A stretch of DNA of 64,000 nucleotides from Acidobacteriota bacterium (GTDB taxonomy: Bacteria > Acidobacteriota > UBA6911): contig OY761556.1 of assembly GCA_963664705.1 (NCBI GenBank), positions 1,856,001-1,920,000 on the forward strand, in the 5' to 3' direction. The notes under the pieces were generated by a model. It saw only the letters and a list, made by a program, of their open reading frames with translations. It was not told the origin of the DNA and made no database searches. Of the stretch, positions 19,078 to 28,217 are shown piece by piece. The stretch's first letter is position 1, and each line of letters opens with the position of its first letter. The position numbers and the translations under genes are program-made.

Positions 19078-19950
19078 ATGATGCCCAGATACAGGAATGG
19101 CATCGCAGTTCTATTACTGTGGTTTCTGACCGCAATCTGTGCGAACGCCGGCTCGAAAGCGTTCGTTTATGTGAGCCGGCAGCAGATCATCACTGCAGAG
19201 GTTGCCTCTGAACACTCCTTCGTGGTGAACTTCATCAACCTGTCGGATTTTGTAACCGTGGTTCAGCCCAACGACTTTATTTACAAGGGTGGCTCCGGAC
19301 GGTTTTATATCGGACAGGTTTACGAGCGGGAAATCAAGGATACAAAAGGCGAAAGCCAGAAATACTCCGCAACAGTGCTGCTGAAGCCACACTCGTTTTC
19401 GGGTCTTACAATTGTGGGCGCGTTTCATGAACAGGAAGACATTGTCGAGTTGAGTGTCCGGATAGGGTCAAAGCGGTTCTATCTGACTCCTTTCGAGAAG
19501 ATTCCGTTTGAGCAGCTGGCAGCCAAGATCGGCGATCTGGATCTGACAAACCCCAGTGCAGGAGCAGCGCTGGCAGACGCCAATATATCGGAGATAGGTT
19601 CGGCAAAGAGCACGGACGGCGGTTCGGAGTGGGATCGCGACTGGCAGGGACTTGTGCTGCAGGATGGGGTCAATCCGCCAAAAATAATTGAGCGGCCCGC
19701 AATAATGCCTACTCCCGAATCCAAAAAATCCCGAACCTTCGGAAAAGTCAGACTTGCCGGAGTTATTACAAAAAATGGCGGCCTTCAGGATCTAAAGGTT
19801 GTCAAAAGCCTGGGTAGAGGTCTTGATCAGAGGGCTATGGACGGGGTGAAAAACAGTTGGGTTTTTCTTCCGGCAACGAGGAACGGAGAAGTGCTCGAGA
19901 CGCAAATCTCGATCGATGTAGACTTCCCGTCGCCGGATCAGAAGCAGTAG
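19078..19950 (+). CDS. TonB C-terminal domain protein with uncharacterised N-terminal domain
   Basis: Signal peptide; C-terminal GKV.L..VI...G......VVKSLG.GLD..A......W.F.PA..NG. Confidence 0.8.
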   Translation: MMPRYRNGIAVLLLWFLTAICANAGSKAFVYVSRQQIITAEVASEHSFVVNFINLSDFVTVVQPNDFIYKGGSGRFYIGQVYEREIKDTKGESQKYSATVLLKPHSFSGLTIVGAFHEQEDIVELSVRIGSKRFYLTPFEKIPFEQLAAKIGDLDLTNPSAGAALADANISEIGSAKSTDGGSEWDRDWQGLVLQDGVNPPKIIERPAIMPTPESKKSRTFGKVRLAGVITKNGGLQDLKVVKSLGRGLDQRAMDGVKNSWVFLPATRNGEVLETQISIDVDFPSPDQKQ

Positions 19951-19968
19951 TTATCCCGGAGGGACGCA

Positions 19969-21303
19969 ATGAAATTCGTAGCGAGAACCTGGTTGTTCAT
20001 GCTTCTGGCATTGCCTCTGCAGGCCCAGAACTGGCCTTCCTTTCGTGGGCCGGGTGCCACGGGAATTCAGGAGGGGAAAAGCCTCCCTGCCACATGGAAT
20101 ATTGAAAAGGCAGAAAATATCCTGTGGAAAACGGCCATTCCTGGACTGGCGCACTCCAGCCCGGTGGTTTGGGGCAATCGGGTCTTTGTTACAACCGCAA
20201 TCGCCAGCGACCAAAACAAGATCATGCAGATCGGGCAGGTAAACCCGCTGGGCGATGCCAAGGATATGTCGCGCCAATCCTGGCGGGTCTATTGCATTGA
20301 CCGCCTGTCAGGGAAAATCCTGTGGGAAAAGATTGCGCAAGAAGCGGAGCCACGTGTCAAACGGCACCCCAAGACAACGCATGCATCGGCAACTCCGGCG
20401 ACCGATGGGAAACACCTGGTCGTTCTTTTTGCTTCCGGTGGACTCTATTGCTACGACCTTAAGGGAAATTTGCGCTGGAATCAGGACCTTGGAGTTTTGA
20501 ATGCAAACTGGGCCGATAAACCCGAAGTGCAATGGGGCCCTGCAAGTTCTCCTATCCTCTACAAGAACCTGGTCATCGTTCAATGCGATATCGAAAAGGA
20601 CTCCTTCATCGCCGCCTTCAATGCGAATACGGGCAAAAAAGTCTGGAGCACACCGCGGAAAACCATCGCTTCCTGGTCGACACCCACTGTTTTCAGCGGC
20701 AAAGCCGGCCAGGAACTGGTCATCACCGGCAGTGAGGATATTCGTGGCTATGAGCCATTGACGGGCAAGGAATTATGGGTGCTGCGTCCGACCTCCCGCA
20801 TCACCGTTCCCACTCCCTTTGCAGCCGGGAATCTACTCTATGCGGCAAGTGGTTATGGCCGCGGTATACAGCCCATCTACGCGATTGTTCCCGGCGCCCG
20901 GGGCGATATCAGCCTGAAAGAGGGGGTTGTAAAAAGCGAACGGGTTGCCTGGAGCACACAGAAGGGAGCTCCCTACATTACGACACCCATTGTGTACCAG
21001 GGATATCTCTATATTGCCGGATATAACGGCGTGTTTGCCTGTTACAACGCCATAAGTGGTGAGAAGATTTACGAGCAACGACTGGGTCCGGGAGGATTCT
21101 TCAGTTCCTCTCCGGTGGCTGGAGATGGAAAAATTTACGCAATAAGTGAAGATGGCGAGGCGTATGTAATAAAGGCAGGGCCCAAGTTCGAACTGATATC
21201 CAGTGTTTCCCTGGGTGAGGTATGCATGGCCACGCCTGCGCTGTCGCAGGGTATGATAATCATTCGCACCCTGACCCAATTGGTTGGAATCGGTGCGAAA
21301 TAG
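19969..21303 (+). CDS. Secreted PQQ-binding-like beta-propeller protein
   Basis: Signal peptide then NWPSFRGP; SSPVVWG, TG..W repeats; MATPA. Confidence 0.9.
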   Translation: MKFVARTWLFMLLALPLQAQNWPSFRGPGATGIQEGKSLPATWNIEKAENILWKTAIPGLAHSSPVVWGNRVFVTTAIASDQNKIMQIGQVNPLGDAKDMSRQSWRVYCIDRLSGKILWEKIAQEAEPRVKRHPKTTHASATPATDGKHLVVLFASGGLYCYDLKGNLRWNQDLGVLNANWADKPEVQWGPASSPILYKNLVIVQCDIEKDSFIAAFNANTGKKVWSTPRKTIASWSTPTVFSGKAGQELVITGSEDIRGYEPLTGKELWVLRPTSRITVPTPFAAGNLLYAASGYGRGIQPIYAIVPGARGDISLKEGVVKSERVAWSTQKGAPYITTPIVYQGYLYIAGYNGVFACYNAISGEKIYEQRLGPGGFFSSSPVAGDGKIYAISEDGEAYVIKAGPKFELISSVSLGEVCMATPALSQGMIIIRTLTQLVGIGAK

Positions 21304-21380
21304 CGAGTGACAAACCGGCCTGGGCCGAATGTTTGCTGGAGAGCGTGATGGTACGCACAATAAAACGAGAGAGCCTGATT

Positions 21381-22664
21381 ATGTCATCCCGTCCTTTGTT
21401 TTTCTCTTTGCTGATACTGGTTGCGGTTTCTGCAGTCGGCGGTGATTGGCCTCAATTCAGGGGGCCGGATCGAAACAATATCTCAACGGAAACCGGCCTT
21501 CTCCGGAGTTGGCCCAAAGAGGGACCAAAAGTTTTGTGGAAGGTTCCTGTTTGTGAAGGCTATGCGGGCGTGGCCATCAAGGACGGGCGCGTGTATATCA
21601 ACGATTATGACGCGGCCAAAAAAGAAAATCTGATCCGGGCTTTTGGACTGGATGATGGAAAAGAGATCTGGCGATGGAGCTACCCGGTTGAGATCAGACC
21701 CAATCACGGGATCACCCGGACCGTACCGGCCGTCGGCCAGAAGCTTGTTTTTTCTCTGGACCCGAAATGCCGGTTCCACGCGCTGGATGCGAAAACAGGA
21801 AAACTCATCTGGCAGAAAAACCTGGTAGAGGAATATAAGGCGACTATTCCCGGGTGGTATGCCGGGCAGAATCCGCTGCTGGACGGGACGCGGGTGATTA
21901 TTGCCACCGGTGGCGATGCGCTGGCTGTCGCGTTTGATCAGGCAACGGGAAAAGAAATCTGGCGGACTCCCAACACAACGAAAGAACTGATGTCGCACTC
22001 ATCCCTCATGCCGGCCACAATCGGCGGTGTGAAGCAGTATCTGTACGTGACAATGAAAAATGTCATGGGCATTGATATCGCCGATGGGAAGCTGCTGTGG
22101 AGTTGCCCCTTTTCGGCTCGCATGGTTGCGGTTCCGTCAGCCGTGGCTATCGGGGATGGAAGAATTTTTGTAACCAGTGGATACAAGGCAGGAAGCGCCA
22201 TGTATCAGGTCGAAAAAGGAGCCTCCGGGTTTACTGCGAAGAAGCTATATTCACTGACAAGCAATGAATTTGAATCGGAAGCGCATACTCCCATTCTCTT
22301 TCAAGATCACCTTTTTGCAGTAAGCAGCAAAAACCAGCGAGGGCGTTTTACCTGTCTGGGACTGGACGGGAAAGTTGTATGGGAAAGCCCGATGCCGGAA
22401 GGGAATTCCGCTGCAGCCAAGACTTTCGACCTCGGAGGCTTCATGCTTGCGGACGGTATGTTCTTTATCCTGGACGGCAAATCCGGCGTGCTGCGCCTGC
22501 TCGAGGCCAGTACCAAGGAATATAAGGAACTTGCCTCTGCCCAGATTCTGGGTGAAGAGGATGTATGGGGACCGCTGGCACTCTCGAACGGGAAGCTGAT
22601 CATTCGGGATATGAGCCAGTTGTTTTGTTTGCAGGTAGGTAAGCCTGGAGGAGCAAAAAAGTAG
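21381..22664 (+). CDS. Secreted PQQ-binding-like beta-propeller protein
   Basis: Signal peptide then DWPQFRGP.R; LDAKTGKLIW and FDQATGKEIW repeats; W.PLALSNGKLIIRD end. Confidence 0.9.
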   Translation: MSSRPLFFSLLILVAVSAVGGDWPQFRGPDRNNISTETGLLRSWPKEGPKVLWKVPVCEGYAGVAIKDGRVYINDYDAAKKENLIRAFGLDDGKEIWRWSYPVEIRPNHGITRTVPAVGQKLVFSLDPKCRFHALDAKTGKLIWQKNLVEEYKATIPGWYAGQNPLLDGTRVIIATGGDALAVAFDQATGKEIWRTPNTTKELMSHSSLMPATIGGVKQYLYVTMKNVMGIDIADGKLLWSCPFSARMVAVPSAVAIGDGRIFVTSGYKAGSAMYQVEKGASGFTAKKLYSLTSNEFESEAHTPILFQDHLFAVSSKNQRGRFTCLGLDGKVVWESPMPEGNSAAAKTFDLGGFMLADGMFFILDGKSGVLRLLEASTKEYKELASAQILGEEDVWGPLALSNGKLIIRDMSQLFCLQVGKPGGAKK

Positions 22665-23707
22665 TGGAAGACTCGCAAGAAAAAAAATCTGCCGATTTGA
22701 TTGAGCGTTTGAAAAAAGGCATATTCCCGCCTGCCGCTGTTGCCGGTGCGTTTGTCTCCTTTGCCGCTGCCGCCAAAGGTTCGGTTTTGAAAGTGTCGGA
22801 TAAAAGGAAAGCAGATTCAGTCTCCGGCCAAGTCGGTTCATCGGAGCCCCGGCCTGCGCTCAGCTTGCCTTTGAAGTATGTACAGTGCGGTGCTCTTGAG
22901 ATGCGCTTTCAACGGAGCCTCCTGTGCCTAGCGATCGGGCCACGGGATTTGATTTACGCGCTGGGCGATGGAGAAGTTCGAGTGTTCGAGAAGTCCGGAA
23001 AATATATCCGGAGTTGGAGAGCGCCCGAAAGTGCATCCTGCCTCACAGTCGGACCCGATGAACGCATCTGCATTGGCGCTACAGACCGCGTTTATCTTGT
23101 CGACAAATCAGGTTCCCCAGTGGGTTCTTTCCACGTCGGCGCTCCTGGGCATTCAGCCAATATTACCGCGGTTAAGTTTGCCGGCAGAGAAGTATTGGTT
23201 GCCGACGCAGCCGCCCGATGCATTCTTCGATTCGATGAAAGAGGGAAGCAACTGGGCGAAATCGGGAATCAGAACAAGACCCGGGGATTCATCCTGCCTA
23301 ACAAATCACTCGATATCGATGTGGATGCACAGGGTGTGATTCTCGCAACCGATTCCGGACGTCATCGGGTTACGACCTGGAAACTTGACGGAGAGCCTGT
23401 GCGGCAGTTCGGAAAGTTCGGGCTGAGTCACCCTCAGGACTTTGTCGGCTGCTGCAACCCTGTAAATATTGCATTTGCGCCCGAAGGTCGAATCGTAACC
23501 GCCGAAAAGGTGGCCGCGCGCGTCAAGGTATTCGACTCCGAGGGACGCCTGTTGGGCTTGATTGGTCCGGAGCATTTCGATCCCAAGTGCACGAAATTCC
23601 ATCTTGCCGTTGATTCGCAGGGTCGGATTCTGATAGCAGATCCAGTGCGCATGGAGGTTAAGATTTTTTCCATTGCGGCAGGGACCGGAGGCCGGGAGAA
23701 CGTATGA
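22664..23707 (+). CDS. NHL-repeat (6-bladed beta-propeller) protein with GCCNP motif
   Basis: VAD....I.RFD..G..L..IG, DSGRHRV, FVGCCNP, TAEK...RVKVFD repeats; GTG start overlaps the upstream stop; GGAGGAG RBS. Confidence 0.82.
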   Translation: MEDSQEKKSADLIERLKKGIFPPAAVAGAFVSFAAAAKGSVLKVSDKRKADSVSGQVGSSEPRPALSLPLKYVQCGALEMRFQRSLLCLAIGPRDLIYALGDGEVRVFEKSGKYIRSWRAPESASCLTVGPDERICIGATDRVYLVDKSGSPVGSFHVGAPGHSANITAVKFAGREVLVADAAARCILRFDERGKQLGEIGNQNKTRGFILPNKSLDIDVDAQGVILATDSGRHRVTTWKLDGEPVRQFGKFGLSHPQDFVGCCNPVNIAFAPEGRIVTAEKVAARVKVFDSEGRLLGLIGPEHFDPKCTKFHLAVDSQGRILIADPVRMEVKIFSIAAGTGGRENV

Positions 23708-24291
23708 GCGAAAAAACCAACCGCCGTCAGTTTATTGACCGGTCTTTACGGATAGCCGGTTTCGTCGGGATCGGAGGAGCCGCTGCGGTCCTTACCCATC
23801 GCGCAGCCAAGAGCAATGTTTTTCAGGTCGATCCGTCCCGTTGCGCAGCCTGCGACCTTTGCCGAACCTCCTGCGTTCTGAGCCTGTCTGCCGTAAAGGC
23901 GGTGAATGAATTCACCAAATGCGGCTATTGTCAGCTTTGTCCGGCCTACTACGATGTGGCTAGCCAGCCTGACGAAATGGGACTTCCTACCGGGAAAACA
24001 TGCCCGCAGGATGCGCTGAAACGCAAGGTAGTGGGAAAAGTCGACAAAGAGGATCCCAATAACAACTACTACGAATACACGATTGATGAGTCCCTTTGCG
24101 ACGGCTGCGGCAAGTGCGTCAAAGCATGTAAGCCCCCCGCGGGAAACGGGTCCCTGCATCTGCAAATCCGCTATAGCCGGTGCCATGAATGCGATTCGTG
24201 TGCCATTGGGGTTGTTTGTCCGGAAAGCGCAATCGTACGCGTGCCGGTACCTGGTATGCCGCCTGCGGCCAAAGAGGCGGAGTCAGAATAA
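23704..24291 (+). CDS. Tat-exported multi-[4Fe-4S] ferredoxin (16 Cys)
   Basis: NRRQFI twin-arginine signal; CAACDLCRTSC, CGYCQLC, CP, CDGCGKCVKAC and CHECDSC.....CP; ATGA overlap with upstream gene. Confidence 0.9.
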   Translation: MSEKTNRRQFIDRSLRIAGFVGIGGAAAVLTHRAAKSNVFQVDPSRCAACDLCRTSCVLSLSAVKAVNEFTKCGYCQLCPAYYDVASQPDEMGLPTGKTCPQDALKRKVVGKVDKEDPNNNYYEYTIDESLCDGCGKCVKACKPPAGNGSLHLQIRYSRCHECDSCAIGVVCPESAIVRVPVPGMPPAAKEAESE

Positions 24292-24297
24292 CCATCT

Positions 24298-25710
24298 ATG
24301 ACAGTTCCAACTATGTCAAAACATCGCAAAGTGCGTGCGGCTTATGGCTGGACGTTATCGTTTTTGTTGCTTTGGTTGATGATTCCATGGTCGCTCCCAG
24401 CGCAATACCAGAAAAAACCACCTGATTTTGGCGGAACGCATACGTTTCCGACGCCATCTCATCCGGAACCTGCTGCGGATTGGATGCGTTTGCTGGATGT
24501 CGGTCTTCTCGCTGTTGCGCTTGGTGTCGCTGCCTGGCTGGTCTTCAAGAATCGCAATCGCAAAGGAATGGTTCTGCTGAGTCTGTGCAGCGTTGCCTAC
24601 TTCGGCTTTTTTCGAAAGGGCTGCATCTGCCCGGTTGGTGCCATTCAAAATGTCGTACTCTGCCTTGCCAACCCTCAGTACAGTATATCCTTTGGCGTGA
24701 TTGCGATATTTTTCCTTCCGCTGCTAATGGCGTTGCTGTTCGGACGCGTTTTTTGCGGCGGGGTTTGCCCGCTTGGGGCGATCCAGGACCTCGTTCTGTT
24801 TAAGGCTGTGAAAGTACCCGTAAGACTGGATCGGATACTCCGGTGGCTACAGTATGCCTACCTTGCAATCGCCGTCTACTTCGCAGGGTGGGGATTGCAA
24901 ATGAAAATTGGAGCCTGGCAGATTAAAACTGGGCAGCGATTTCTGATCTGCGAATTGGATCCATTTATTCCGATCTTTCGCCGATCCGGTCCCTTTTACA
25001 TGGTGGTAATCGCGGCCGTCTTTGTAATTGCCGCCATGTTTATTGGCCGTCCCTATTGCCGGTGGCTCTGTCCCTATGGCGGCCTTCTCTCGCTGCTCTC
25101 CAGAATTGCCTGGAAAAACGTAAGCATTACTCCAGACAAAGAATTGAATTGCGGCAAATGTAATGATGCCTGTCCACATGGCGCCATAAAGGAAATGCGG
25201 GCAGATCGGGCCAACTGTATGGCCTGCTCTCGATGCTATGAATATTGCCCGCGCCAGAAGCGGCTGGTTGCTTTGCGCGCCGGCCCGCAAAAGCCCGGGA
25301 AAATTCTCTCCCCAGCGCCAAAGCCCTGGGAGGCGGTAGCCCGGACCTGGGTTGGAATTCTGACCTCCGGCATTCTGGTGCTTTCCTCCATGCTTCTGCT
25401 TGGGACCTACGTTCAGGCCCGGCGCGTTCAGCCCGCTCAAAAAGTACTGGTAGATAGCTTGAAGGAAAAAGCTATTAACGATGCTGAAATACAAAAAATC
25501 CTTCAACCGGAACTTGAAAGACAGCATAACTCTGCCGTATTGAGACGGTCGATTTATTCGCTGGGCGGAGACACGCTTCTGATTTCTGCCGTGATTTTTC
25601 TTTTTTGGCTGGCGCGATTCCGACCGAGTTATGGAGCGGGTGCCGGAGCTCCTGATGTCATTCTTCGCTGGCTCGAAAAGCCTCCGGAGCAAAAGAAGAA
25701 ACCTTGCTAA
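24298..25710 (+). CDS. Membrane 4Fe-4S binding protein (NapH/MauN/NosR-C-like polyferredoxin)
   Basis: Several TM helices; GRVFCGGVCPLG and RPYCRWLCPYG (Cx3CP motifs); ferredoxin motifs CGKCNDACP and CMACSRCYEYCP. Confidence 0.9.
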   Translation: MTVPTMSKHRKVRAAYGWTLSFLLLWLMIPWSLPAQYQKKPPDFGGTHTFPTPSHPEPAADWMRLLDVGLLAVALGVAAWLVFKNRNRKGMVLLSLCSVAYFGFFRKGCICPVGAIQNVVLCLANPQYSISFGVIAIFFLPLLMALLFGRVFCGGVCPLGAIQDLVLFKAVKVPVRLDRILRWLQYAYLAIAVYFAGWGLQMKIGAWQIKTGQRFLICELDPFIPIFRRSGPFYMVVIAAVFVIAAMFIGRPYCRWLCPYGGLLSLLSRIAWKNVSITPDKELNCGKCNDACPHGAIKEMRADRANCMACSRCYEYCPRQKRLVALRAGPQKPGKILSPAPKPWEAVARTWVGILTSGILVLSSMLLLGTYVQARRVQPAQKVLVDSLKEKAINDAEIQKILQPELERQHNSAVLRRSIYSLGGDTLLISAVIFLFWLARFRPSYGAGAGAPDVILRWLEKPPEQKKKPC

Positions 25711-25731
25711 GCACTTTTGAATGGACGAAAA

Positions 25732-26154
25732 ATGGCTTCCTGCATCTTTCACGATACAACGCCTGCTTCCCATGAACGGCAGGTATTTGAGCTTGTAGAG
25801 AGGGCTTATAGCAAGAGGGAACGAGTCCTGGTTTTTGTTTCCGACGAAGCACGGGCGATGGGTATCGATCGAACGCTGTGGATTCTAAAACAGGAAGCCT
25901 TTATCCCTCACCGAATTTTTGCGGCGGATGAGGTGGATTCCGATGTCGCAGTTGCCATTGTTTCCAGCGAAACAAACCCGAACTCCGCCGGAATACTGAT
26001 CGCGGATGGGCATTGCGGTCTGGATTTTGCGGGCGGGTTTCAGACTATTCATGAGTTTGTGAATCGTAGTTCTCCCGAAATGCACCAGGCTTGCAGGGAG
26101 AGGTTCAAAAGCTATCGCCAGCTTCAGATTCCCACGGAATATATCCAGTCCTAG
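25732..26154 (+). CDS. holC: DNA polymerase III chi subunit
   Basis: LVERAY....RVLV, IDRTLW....AFIPH, I.EFV and ACRERFKSYR motifs. Confidence 0.85.
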   Translation: MASCIFHDTTPASHERQVFELVERAYSKRERVLVFVSDEARAMGIDRTLWILKQEAFIPHRIFAADEVDSDVAVAIVSSETNPNSAGILIADGHCGLDFAGGFQTIHEFVNRSSPEMHQACRERFKSYRQLQIPTEYIQS

Positions 26155-26422
26155 CTGTGGCTAGTGGGGTGGGCCCACGCGGCCAAGGCCGCATACTAAG
26201 TGCCCAAGGAACTTGGAAGTGCCATGCCTATCAGCCTAGAAGGGGCAATCAGAAAGCAGCCAGGGGAGAAGCGCAGCGCCCCCCCAGGCTGCTCTCTTTC
26301 GGCTCTCCGGGCCTGGTAACTCACTCGCGTCTCAGGGCATGGGCCATTCCGGCGGAATCAGCGTCGTGAGGAGCCACTGCCTTGGCCGGCGAGACGGCGT
26401 CTCCCAGTGCGCAAACGCGGTG

Positions 26423-27415
26423 CTATTGCCTGTCGCGGCCGGGAAGGCGACGGATGAAATCCCTACGAGTGTTCCCGCTATTTGAGGATTCGTAGGTCAA
26501 TCCGACTGCATCCAAAAACCTGGCTGCCCGTCCCGTCAAACCCACGGCCCTGTTTCCTTGGGGAACCGTGACCTGAAAATCGGACCGTCCACCCTGGCCG
26601 CCAAAAACCTGGGATGTGCGTCGGTTTGTAACAAAAGCCAGGGAGTCGACGTAATCACCGAAACGGCCGGTTATGCCGGTAATATATTCATCACGATCCA
26701 GGCGAAAGACGCTGGTGCGTCCGCCGGTGCCTCCATGGCGAGGACCTTCCTGTGTGCGTCCATCGCGGAGGATATAGACAAACTGGACAGAATCGACCAC
26801 ATCGGCTGACTGGATGCGAATCTCCGAGATCCTGGCGCCCTCCGGAATATCTCGATCAGAGAAGGCGGAACCGCCGCGGCCGCCATAAATCTGTGTGTCC
26901 ATGCGCCTGGCAATCGGGGCAACGATAAGGCCGATGGCATCCAGATATTTTGCGCCGCGTCCGGCAATCCCTACGGCCTGAAATCCAGACTGAGTATCGA
27001 TTCTGTAATCTCTTCTGCCTCCCGACCCGCCGAATCGGGGCGATGTTCTCTTGTTGGTTTGGATCGAGATGGAGTCAAGATAGTCGCCGTAGCGGCCGGA
27101 AATCCCCATGATATATTCATCGCGATCAAGGCGAAAGACACTCTCTTTGCCGTTTGGGCCGCCAAAGCGCTGGCCGAAAATAGTTTTCCCTTCCGGAAGC
27201 TCATACCAGAGCTGTATTGCGTCCACCCAATCTCCGGAGAAAACATGGACCTCGACGATTCGTCCCCCGGCCTGAAGCATGGTCTCGGAAAAGCTATTGC
27301 CCCCGGTGCCGCCGTAAATGTCGGTCTGGCTGGATTCCTGACCGACGCAAAGCGCAACCACTCCCAAAAGCAGAATCAAAACAAGCCACATGGTTTTTTG
27401 AAACGAGAGGCTCAT
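26423..27415 (-). CDS. Secreted tandem jacalin-like lectin (two beta-prism domains)
   Basis: Signal peptide; two repeats YGG.GG..F..GG..G..F.LDRDEYI.GI.GR.GDY.DS..TN.RTS..FGG.GG..LDA.G; start at ATG 27415. Confidence 0.9.
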   Translation of the reverse strand: MSLSFQKTMWLVLILLLGVVALCVGQESSQTDIYGGTGGNSFSETMLQAGGRIVEVHVFSGDWVDAIQLWYELPEGKTIFGQRFGGPNGKESVFRLDRDEYIMGISGRYGDYLDSISIQTNKRTSPRFGGSGGRRDYRIDTQSGFQAVGIAGRGAKYLDAIGLIVAPIARRMDTQIYGGRGGSAFSDRDIPEGARISEIRIQSADVVDSVQFVYILRDGRTQEGPRHGGTGGRTSVFRLDRDEYITGITGRFGDYVDSLAFVTNRRTSQVFGGQGGRSDFQVTVPQGNRAVGLTGRAARFLDAVGLTYESSNSGNTRRDFIRRLPGRDRQ

Positions 27416-27613
27416 GGAGTCATTCCCCCAAATATGTCTTTTTGCCCAAGTGCCCTTTGAAGGGCAAACCGCATCGATTGACTGCAAAATCCTTTTTCGA
27501 ATGTTATAACATTATTCGCTTATGGAGTTTACCCAAAACGGGGGGGCTGTACCATACGGGACCTCGTTGTTTTCTCTGCGTAATCACGGAAAAACAAATT
27601 CTCTGGAGGGCAT

Positions 27614-28150
27614 ATGAATCGATGGGTGGCTGTTGTGGTTGCGATTACTGTTCTGGTATGTATGGCCGCGGCTCTTGGCGCAGCCGCAGCCTCGAAAGAA
27701 GCGGTAGCGGTTGTGAGCCCGGCTTCGGGGAGCACCTGCAAAGGCATTGTTCGCATTACCCAGGAAGGCTCTTCGGTGAAAATTGTGGCGGATCTTGAGG
27801 GGTTGGCGCCCGGAAGCAAGCATGCCTTCCATGTGCATGAATTTGGTGACTGCAGTGCGCCGGATGCCACGAGCGCCGGAACTCATTATGACCCTGCGCA
27901 GACAAAACACCACGGGATGCCGAATGACAAGATGGGCCATGCAGGCGATATGGGCAATATTGAAGCTGATGGCTCCGGCAAAGCGCATTATGAGCTGAGC
28001 TTGCAGGGCGCGACCATCGATGGTCCGGATTCTCCCGTTTTAGGCCGGGCTGTAATTGTGCACGCAAATGCAGATGATTTTGGTCAGCCGGTGGGAAATG
28101 CCGGCGGGCGCATCGGCTGCGGCGTGATCGGGATTGCAAAACCGAAATAG
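27614..28150 (+). CDS. sodC: Periplasmic Cu/Zn superoxide dismutase
   Basis: Signal peptide; HAFHVHEFGDC, SAG.HY.P, HHG, HAGDMGNI, IVHA..DD and GNAGGRIGCGVI. Confidence 0.96.
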   Translation: MNRWVAVVVAITVLVCMAAALGAAAASKEAVAVVSPASGSTCKGIVRITQEGSSVKIVADLEGLAPGSKHAFHVHEFGDCSAPDATSAGTHYDPAQTKHHGMPNDKMGHAGDMGNIEADGSGKAHYELSLQGATIDGPDSPVLGRAVIVHANADDFGQPVGNAGGRIGCGVIGIAKPK

Positions 28151-28217
28151 CGGAAACGGACGACTCCCGTTTCAGGAAAGGGTTCTGGGCTCAGAATCCT
28201 TTCCTTGTTTGACGCAT

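Noticed and set aside
22664-25710. Selenocysteine or pyrrolysine readthrough in the redox genes
   Set aside because: The ORFs are complete without in-frame stops at Cys positions; the missing Cys is a GAA codon.
24847-25773. 308-aa antisense ORF
   Set aside because: Shadow of the polyferredoxin gene with no recognisable motifs.
26281-26316. Minus-strand CAGGCCCGGAGAGCCGAAAGAGAGCAGC resembling SRP RNA domain IV
   Set aside because: Spacing and stem pairing do not fit the CAGG-N-CCGNAAGG-N-AGCAGC consensus, and there is no long closing helix.
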